Shown in pieces: positions 26,201 through 32,306 of a stretch of DNA of 32,306 bases. The notes beneath the pieces were generated by a model. That model was not told where the DNA came from. It did no database searches and saw only the letters and a program-made list of their open reading frames with translations. Position numbers and translations under genes: made by a program. The DNA comes from Deltaproteobacteria bacterium (lineage in GTDB: Bacteria > CG2-30-53-67), in the NCBI GenBank assembly GCA_013151235.1, contig JAADIO010000026.1, positions 1 through 32,306 on the forward strand, written 5' to 3'. Within the stretch, counting starts at the first letter, position 1. Every line of letters starts with the position of its first letter.

Positions 26201-27070
26201 ATGAAAGGTATCATCCTGGCCGGGGGTTCCGGCACACGGCTCTATCCCATCACCCGGGCCGTCAGTAAACAGCTTCTTCCCGTATACGACAAGCCGATGA
26301 TCTATTATCCTCTTTCCACGCTCATGTTGGCGGGACTGCGGGAGATCCTCGTCATATCAACACCGCATGACCTTCCGAACTTCGAGCGGCTCTTAGGCGC
26401 CGGCGAACAGTGGGGGATAGATCTGCACTATGCCGAGCAGCCGGAGCCGAATGGACTGGCCGAGGCCTTTCGGATCGGAGCGGACTTCATCGGAGGTCAA
26501 CCCAGTTGCCTGATCCTCGGGGACAATATTTTCCATGGACAAGGTTTGAGCCGGGTGTTGCAACAGTCTGCTCAACTCACGGAAGGGGCACGGGTTTTTG
26601 CCTACTGGGTGAAAGATCCGGAACGTTATGGTGTGGTAAAAATTGATGAGCAAGGCCGGGCGACGAGTATTGAGGAGAAGCCGAAGAAACCTAAATCCCA
26701 TTTTGCCGTGACCGGGCTTTATTTTTACGATCATGAAGTCGTCGAGATTGCGCGGGGGCTTTCACCCTCATTACGGGGAGAACTGGAGATCACCGATCTC
26801 AATCTTGTATATCTCGAAAGAAAGCAATTAACTGTGGAAAAACTCGGCCGCGGTACAGCCTGGCTCGATACGGGCACTCACCAGTCCCTGCAGCAGGCCT
26901 CCACCTTCATCGAAACCATCGAGGCCCGCCAGGGATTGAAGATCGCATGTATAGAGGAGATCGCATACCGGATGGGTTATATCGAAGCCGAAGCACTTGA
27001 GGCTCTTGCAAAACCGCTCTGCAAGAATGATTACGGGAAGTACCTGCTCCAGATTCTTCGGGAAGAGTGA
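26201..27070 (+). CDS. rfbA: Glucose-1-phosphate thymidylyltransferase
   Basis: [36 protein letters not shown] and AWLDTGT. Confidence 0.96.
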   Translation: MKGIILAGGSGTRLYPITRAVSKQLLPVYDKPMIYYPLSTLMLAGLREILVISTPHDLPNFERLLGAGEQWGIDLHYAEQPEPNGLAEAFRIGADFIGGQPSCLILGDNIFHGQGLSRVLQQSAQLTEGARVFAYWVKDPERYGVVKIDEQGRATSIEEKPKKPKSHFAVTGLYFYDHEVVEIARGLSPSLRGELEITDLNLVYLERKQLTVEKLGRGTAWLDTGTHQSLQQASTFIETIEARQGLKIACIEEIAYRMGYIEAEALEALAKPLCKNDYGKYLLQILREE

Positions 27071-27132
27071 ATATTATGATTCCGGAAACATTGGAATCAA
27101 AGGAAGAACTAATCCTCAGATAAAGGAATCCC

Positions 27133-28551
27133 ATGACCCTCTACCCCGTCATTCTTGCCGGAGGTTCCGGCACCCGGCTCTGGCCGATGTCGAGGGAGTT
27201 TTATCCCAAACCGATGCTCCCCCTCCTCGGTGAGAACACCCTGTTGCAGGAAACGGTCAGACGGCTGGATGGAATCCAAGGAATTGCCGGCCCGCTCTTT
27301 GTCTGTAACGAGGAACACCGGTTTCTTGTCGCCGAACAGGTTCGGAAATCCGGTCGGGAACCTGCGTGCATTCTCCTGGAACCGAAGGGACGCAACACCG
27401 CACCGGCCCTGACCCTTGCAGCCCTCTTTCTTCTGGAGCAGGATCCGGAGGCTATGATGGCCATCATGCCGGCGGATCATGTTATCGCTGGACGAAAAAA
27501 ATTCTGTGATACCGTTCGGCAGGGACTTCCTCTTGCAGAAAAGGGAGAACTGGTCACCTTTGGTGTTGTTCCTGAGCGCCCCGAAACCGGATACGGCTAC
27601 ATCCGTAAGGGAAAACCGGTCAAGGGTACAACCGCATCGAAGGTCGGCGAATTTGTAGAAAAACCGGACCTTCAGAAGGCGGAAGAATATCTGGCGGCCG
27701 GGGAATATCTTTGGAACAGCGGGATCTTTCTGATGAAGGCCTCTCGCTGGATCGCAGAACTCAAACAATATCGCCCCGATATAGAAAAGATGTGCCGGAA
27801 GGCTTCGGCCCGAAGTCACCAGGACGGAGATTTCTATCGTGTCGACAAGGAGGCATTTCTCTCCTGCCCGAGTGACTCCATCGACTATGCCGTGATGGAA
27901 AAGACCGATCGGGCAGCCGTCCTTCCTCTTGATGCCGGATGGTCCGACGTGGGGGACTGGTCCTCGCTTTACGAAATTGCTGAAAAGGACGAACAGGGAA
28001 ATGTCCTCCGGGGGGATGTGGTTGCCCTGGATACGCGTGATTCCCTGCTGATGTCTCAGAGTCGTTTTCTGGCAACGGTCGGGCTGGAGAAAATGGTTGT
28101 CATCGAAACGGCCGATGCCGTTCTTGTGGCCGACAAGAAAAAAGCACAGGATGTAAAACAGGTCGTCAAGTGGCTCAAGGAAAACAAACGGGAGGAATAC
28201 AGGATCCACCGCAAGGTCTATCGGCCCTGGGGGGCCTACGAAGGAGTCGATGCCGGAGAACGGTTTCAGGTCAAACGCCTCTCCGTGAAACCCGGAGCAC
28301 AGCTTTCTTTGCAGAAGCATTATCACCGTGCCGAACACTGGATCGTCGTCCGGGGAACGGCACGGATCACCGTCGGGGAGAAAGTGTTCGTTCTGACGGA
28401 AAACCAGTCGACCTATATCCCCCTGGGTGAGATGCACCGCCTTGAAAACCCCGGGACCATCCCCCTGGAAATCATCGAGGTCCAGTCCGGAAGCTACCTC
28501 GGCGAAGACGATATAGAACGCTTCGCCGATGTTTACGATCGATGTGATTGA
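27133..28551 (+). CDS. manC: Mannose-1-phosphate guanylyltransferase / mannose-6-phosphate isomerase
   Basis: [37 protein letters not shown] and cupin RPWG...HRAEHW. Confidence 0.96.
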   Translation: MTLYPVILAGGSGTRLWPMSREFYPKPMLPLLGENTLLQETVRRLDGIQGIAGPLFVCNEEHRFLVAEQVRKSGREPACILLEPKGRNTAPALTLAALFLLEQDPEAMMAIMPADHVIAGRKKFCDTVRQGLPLAEKGELVTFGVVPERPETGYGYIRKGKPVKGTTASKVGEFVEKPDLQKAEEYLAAGEYLWNSGIFLMKASRWIAELKQYRPDIEKMCRKASARSHQDGDFYRVDKEAFLSCPSDSIDYAVMEKTDRAAVLPLDAGWSDVGDWSSLYEIAEKDEQGNVLRGDVVALDTRDSLLMSQSRFLATVGLEKMVVIETADAVLVADKKKAQDVKQVVKWLKENKREEYRIHRKVYRPWGAYEGVDAGERFQVKRLSVKPGAQLSLQKHYHRAEHWIVVRGTARITVGEKVFVLTENQSTYIPLGEMHRLENPGTIPLEIIEVQSGSYLGEDDIERFADVYDRCD

Positions 28552-28586
28552 AAGAGTGAGATGTTTCTTTTCGGGAACCTGCAGCG

Positions 28587-29477
28587 ATGAATCCCATGCT
28601 TAAAAACGTAGAAGGAACGCTCCTCGGAGCACTTCCCATTATCGGTGTCGGCATGAAGGGGGTGGTCCTTTTCGGTTCCTCCGTTCGGGGAGATCCGTCG
28701 GAAGACTCCGACATTGATCTTCTCATCGTTCTGGAACCGCTGGACAGAAACCGACGCAGCCGAAGAGAGACCTATGTCCGGATCAAACAAACCTTGAATT
28801 TGTCTCGTCCTCTCGACCTCCTGTTGTATGAGAAGAGGGAATGCCTGTACAATTTTCGAAACCATAATCCTCTTTTCCTCGATATTGCCACGGAGGGGCT
28901 TGTACTGTATGATCCGGAAGGTTTCCTGAAACGAGAAATGGATACAACCCGGGAATACATCGCCCGAAAAGGGCTTGTGAAACAGGACGATGGTTGGGAC
29001 TTCCCCGTGGATTATCGAAAGGTCTCCAGCCTTTCAAAGGTCAGCAATCGTGACTTTGTTATAGCATGGTTGACGGATTCTCAGCGTGACCTTGCGTCGG
29101 CCCGAAAACTGCACGACGCGTCGCTCTGCGAGAAGTCGATCTATCATTGCCAACAAGCCGTTGAAAAGGCCTCCAAGGCGGTCCTGCTTTGCTGGGGAAC
29201 ATACCGCAAAACCCATTTTACGGCCGGGATCCTGCGGGCCGAAGTCGCCGGGCAGAAGATGCCGGAATCGCTCCGGAATGATCTCAATCGGATCTCGGAA
29301 TATGCTGAACTCATGGAACCCGAGATCAGTCTTGCACGATACCCAGGAATGCATGAAGGGGGACTATGGGTTCCATCAGAGGAATATGGCGAGGAGGATT
29401 CGTCGGACGCAATCGACAAGGCGGAAGAAGTCCTGAAGATTGCCGATAAATTTGTAAAGTGGTGGTTCAAATCATAA
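28587..29477 (+). CDS. Fused MNT-HEPN protein
   Basis: N-half VLFGSSVRG...DSDIDLLIV; C-half AW...S.RDL..A, YHCQQAVEKASKA, KTH and ARYPG; one open frame of 296 aa. Confidence 0.86.
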   Translation: MNPMLKNVEGTLLGALPIIGVGMKGVVLFGSSVRGDPSEDSDIDLLIVLEPLDRNRRSRRETYVRIKQTLNLSRPLDLLLYEKRECLYNFRNHNPLFLDIATEGLVLYDPEGFLKREMDTTREYIARKGLVKQDDGWDFPVDYRKVSSLSKVSNRDFVIAWLTDSQRDLASARKLHDASLCEKSIYHCQQAVEKASKAVLLCWGTYRKTHFTAGILRAEVAGQKMPESLRNDLNRISEYAELMEPEISLARYPGMHEGGLWVPSEEYGEEDSSDAIDKAEEVLKIADKFVKWWFKS

Positions 29478-29512
29478 TGGATTTGCTTTAGAGTTCTTTA
29501 ATGTAGTTGTTC

Positions 29513-29542
29513 TTCTCTGTGATCTCAGTGTACTCAGTGGTG
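29513..29542 (-). repeat. CAC-triad repeat (minus strand)
   Basis: Reverse complement reads CAC CACTGAGTA CACTGAGAT CACAGAGAA, preceded by AAAAGCAAAGTCAAAAGC. Confidence 0.68.
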
Positions 29543-29580
29543 CGAAGCTTTTGACTTTGCTTTTGCCCAAGAATTGATTT

Positions 29581-29675
29581 CCTCCGCGTCCTTTGCCTGC
29601 CTGTGCGGGTGCCCCGCACCTGTCTGCGTGCGGGCTGCCCGCACAGGCAGGCGCAGACAGGCGCCTCTGCGGTGG
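29581..29675. repeat. CAC triad interrupted by two nested 33-bp CCTGYCTG palindromic elements
   Basis: Outer element 29596-29618 plus 29652-29661; inner inverted copy 29619-29651; removing both restores the triad. Confidence 0.8.
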
Positions 29676-29700
29676 AAAAACTTGACCAAGGGAGACCCTT

Positions 29701-30786
29701 ATGAAAACAGCATTAATCACCGGGATCACCGGCCAGGACGGCGCCTACTTGGCGGAATTCCTGCTGAAGGCAGGCTACACGGTCCACGGAATCAAGCGTC
29801 GGGCCTCCCTCTTCAATACCGACCGGATCGACCACCTCTACCGGGATCCGCACGACAAGGAGAGCCGCTTCCACCTCCACTACGGGGACCTGACCGACTC
29901 CACCAATTTGATCCGGATTATCCAGGAGACGAAGCCCGACGAGATCTACAACCTTGCCGCCCAGAGTCACGTCCAGGTCTCCTTCGACACCGCCGAATAT
30001 ACCGCCAATGCCGATGCACTGGGGACCCTCAGAATTCTGGAGGCCTTGCGAATCCTGGGAATGGAAAAAGCGGCCCGATTCTACCAGGCCTCCACCAGTG
30101 AACTCTTCGGTCTCGTGCAGGAAGTGCCGCAGAAGGAAACGACCCCGTTCTACCCCCGGAGTCCCTATGCTGTGGCCAAGCTCTATGCTTACTGGATTTG
30201 CAAAAACTACCGGGAGGCCTACGGGATTTACGCCTGTAACGGAATTTTATTTAATCATGAATCACCCCTTCGGGGAGAAACCTTCGTTACCCGCAAGATC
30301 ACCCGGGCCGTGGCCCGTATTTATCTCGGACTGCAGGAGAGGCTTTATCTCGGCAATCTGAACGCCAAACGGGACTGGGGGGATGCCCGGGATTACGTGG
30401 AAGCGCAGTGGAAAATCCTGCAACAGCCCGAACCGGACGACTACGTGATTGCCACGGGCGAGCAGCACTCCGTCCGGGAGTTTGTCGAGCTTGCCTTTCA
30501 GGAGGTCGATATAAAGATCAAATGGGAAGGGAGAGGGGTCGATGAAAAGGGGATTGACGATAAGAGCGGCAAAGTCCTTGTTGAAGTTGATCCCCGTTAC
30601 TTCCGCCCCACCGAAGTGGAAAGCCTTCTCGGTGACCCTACAAAATCGAGGGAACAACTCGGATGGATTCCGAAAATTACCTTTGAGCAAATGGTTGCCG
30701 ACATGGTGCAATACGATCTGGAAGAAGCAAAGCGGGATGAACACTGCAAGAAAGGCGGATTCCGGATCTACAGCCACCATGAATAG
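29701..30786 (+). CDS. gmd: GDP-mannose 4,6-dehydratase
   Basis: [36 protein letters not shown] and [16 protein letters not shown]. Confidence 0.97.
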   Translation: MKTALITGITGQDGAYLAEFLLKAGYTVHGIKRRASLFNTDRIDHLYRDPHDKESRFHLHYGDLTDSTNLIRIIQETKPDEIYNLAAQSHVQVSFDTAEYTANADALGTLRILEALRILGMEKAARFYQASTSELFGLVQEVPQKETTPFYPRSPYAVAKLYAYWICKNYREAYGIYACNGILFNHESPLRGETFVTRKITRAVARIYLGLQERLYLGNLNAKRDWGDARDYVEAQWKILQQPEPDDYVIATGEQHSVREFVELAFQEVDIKIKWEGRGVDEKGIDDKSGKVLVEVDPRYFRPTEVESLLGDPTKSREQLGWIPKITFEQMVADMVQYDLEEAKRDEHCKKGGFRIYSHHE

Positions 30787-30870
30787 ATGAGGGAATGATA
30801 TTTTGTTCTCCCTCGTCTCTGAAGGTGTTTGTGAAATGGTCCGGGATGGGATTTCGAGACAAGAGGACCA

Positions 30871-31169
30871 CCCCTCACCTCGATCCTCTCCCCTGGTATT
30901 GGCCGTTTGATCGGCTTAAACCGTTCAAGCGGTTGAAACGGTTTGGTCCTCCCCTTTGGGAAGCTTGCCGAACTACATGCCCGGAAGCCGGTTGCGCCAC
31001 GCGAACGGAATGTCAATCACTTACACCGTTCGCCCTGAGCCGGTCGAAGGGTGGACGGAGACCGGACGGAATGCCGAAGGAGTGGATGGGGCTTTGAAGT
31101 ATCCGCCCCTCTTCCGGGGTGGCCCGGTTGCTCCTTCTCCCCGCTGGGGAGAAGGCCGGGATGAGGGGG
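30871..31169. repeat. Repeat mosaic in the gmd-fcl spacer
   Basis: CCCTCACC..CCTCTCCCC half-unit near 30871 and an inverted full unit at 31134-31169; 9-mer tandem/palindrome near 30915-30946; reverse copy of the MITE interior at about 30960-31051. Confidence 0.65.
31022..31120 (+). repeat. 99-bp direct repeat, copy A
   Basis: Matches 32208-32306 with 4 mismatches by manual alignment. Confidence 0.92.
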
Positions 31170-31249
31170 GACCCTGGAAGCTATCCTTGGCAAGGTGAGC
31201 CAAAAGCAGACTTGACCCCTCTTGGGGTCGTTTTCCGGGGAAATGTAAC

Positions 31250-32191
31250 ATGAACCTTGCACCGGATTCCAAAATCTACATCGCAGGCCACCGGGGCCTC
31301 GTCGGCTCCGCCATCGTGAGAAGGCTCGAAAAAAGCGGCTATCATAACCTCCTTACACGGACCCATCATGAACTCGACCTTACCGACCCGAAGGTCGTCC
31401 TTGATTTTTTTGACAAGGAGCGTCCGGACTATGTATTCCTGGCCGCGGCAAAAGTCGGCGGGATCCACGCAAACAACACCCGGCCGGCCGACTTTATCCG
31501 GGACAATCTCTTCATCGAGCTGTCCATAATAGATGCCGCGTACCGTACGGGAACGAAGCGACTCCTTTTTCTCGGTAGCTCCTGCATCTACCCGAAGATA
31601 GCGCCCCAGCCGCTTAAAGAAGAATACCTCATGACCGGTCCCCTGGAGCCGACCAACTCCGCTTACGCATTGGCCAAGATCGCCGGGATCGAGATGTGCA
31701 AGTCATACAACCGCCAGTACGGAACGCGATATCTTCCCGTAATGCCGACGAACCTCTACGGTCCGGGCGACAACTTTGACCTCGAAAGCTCTCACGTCCT
31801 GCCTGCTCTCATCCGGAAATTCCACGAAGCCAGAATCGGTGGGGCCAAAACCGTCACCATCTGGGGAACGGGAACGCCCCGTCGGGAATTCCTCCATGTG
31901 GACGACCTGGCCGATGCCTGTGTCTATCTCATGGAAAATTATAATGGAACCGATCTGATCAATATCGGGACCGGAGAGGACATCACCATCCGGGAATTAG
32001 CGGAAATGGTAGGGGTGGTCACAGGCTTCGAGGGAAAACTGAAATTCGATCCTTCCAGGCCCGACGGCACACCCCGGAAACTCCTTGATGTATCAAGATT
32101 GAACTCAATCGGCTGGAAAGCAGGAATCGGCCTGGCGGAGGGAATCCGGGCAACCTACCAGTGGTACCTTGATCAATCTCCGGAAGAATAA
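31250..32191 (+). CDS. fcl: GDP-L-fucose synthase
   Basis: [32 protein letters not shown] and [11 protein letters not shown]...SHVLPAL. Confidence 0.97.
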   Translation: MNLAPDSKIYIAGHRGLVGSAIVRRLEKSGYHNLLTRTHHELDLTDPKVVLDFFDKERPDYVFLAAAKVGGIHANNTRPADFIRDNLFIELSIIDAAYRTGTKRLLFLGSSCIYPKIAPQPLKEEYLMTGPLEPTNSAYALAKIAGIEMCKSYNRQYGTRYLPVMPTNLYGPGDNFDLESSHVLPALIRKFHEARIGGAKTVTIWGTGTPRREFLHVDDLADACVYLMENYNGTDLINIGTGEDITIRELAEMVGVVTGFEGKLKFDPSRPDGTPRKLLDVSRLNSIGWKAGIGLAEGIRATYQWYLDQSPEE

Positions 32192-32207
32192 TCTTTTTTC
32201 CTTCATC

Positions 32208-32306
32208 TACACCGTTCGCCCTGAGCCGGTCGAAGGGTGAACGGAGACCGGACGAAACGCCGAAGGAGTGGATGGGGCTTTGAAGTATCCGCCCCGCTTC
32301 CGGGGT
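32208..32306 (+). repeat. 99-bp direct repeat, copy B (truncated by the window end)
   Basis: Matches 31022-31120. Confidence 0.92.

Noticed and set aside
26201-27070. rfbA without rfbB/C/D as an anomaly
   Set aside because: The locus appears to continue beyond the window, so absence cannot be judged.
27078-27099. GATTCC...GGAATC hairpin after rfbA as a terminator
   Set aside because: The stem is only 6 bp with a long loop and no U-tract.

Overview
Bacterial window, probably from a deltaproteobacterial (Desulfobacterota)- or Nitrospirota-like organism (inferred from gene content only). Bases 1-3605 carry a minus-strand housekeeping run: rsmA, dapF, a small zinc-ribbon membrane protein, dapA and the start of hisD. 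Bases 3745-32191 carry one long plus-strand exopolysaccharide locus. It opens with a pseudo-receiver histidine kinase and a sigma54 activator, then an XrtA/PEP-CTERM-type export core (Wza-like, chain-length protein, priming sugar transferase, tyrosine kinase, ExeA-like ATPase) and nucleotide-sugar enzymes. After an internal UpxY/LoaP-like NusG paralogue come a sulfation module (sulfotransferase, second priming transferase, cysQ, sat-cysC fusion with a degenerate sulfurylase site), rmlA, manC, gmd and fcl, with two MNT-HEPN modules between them. The least explained signal is intergenic. There are three copies of a MITE with 19-bp terminal inverted repeats and 6-7 bp target duplications; two carry REP-IHF-REP cargo and one rewrote the DapA C-terminus. 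There are also six CAC-triad repeats after stop codons, a 33-bp palindrome nested inside an inverted copy of itself, and 99-bp direct repeats bracketing fcl. No rRNA, tRNA, CRISPR array or transposase was seen.
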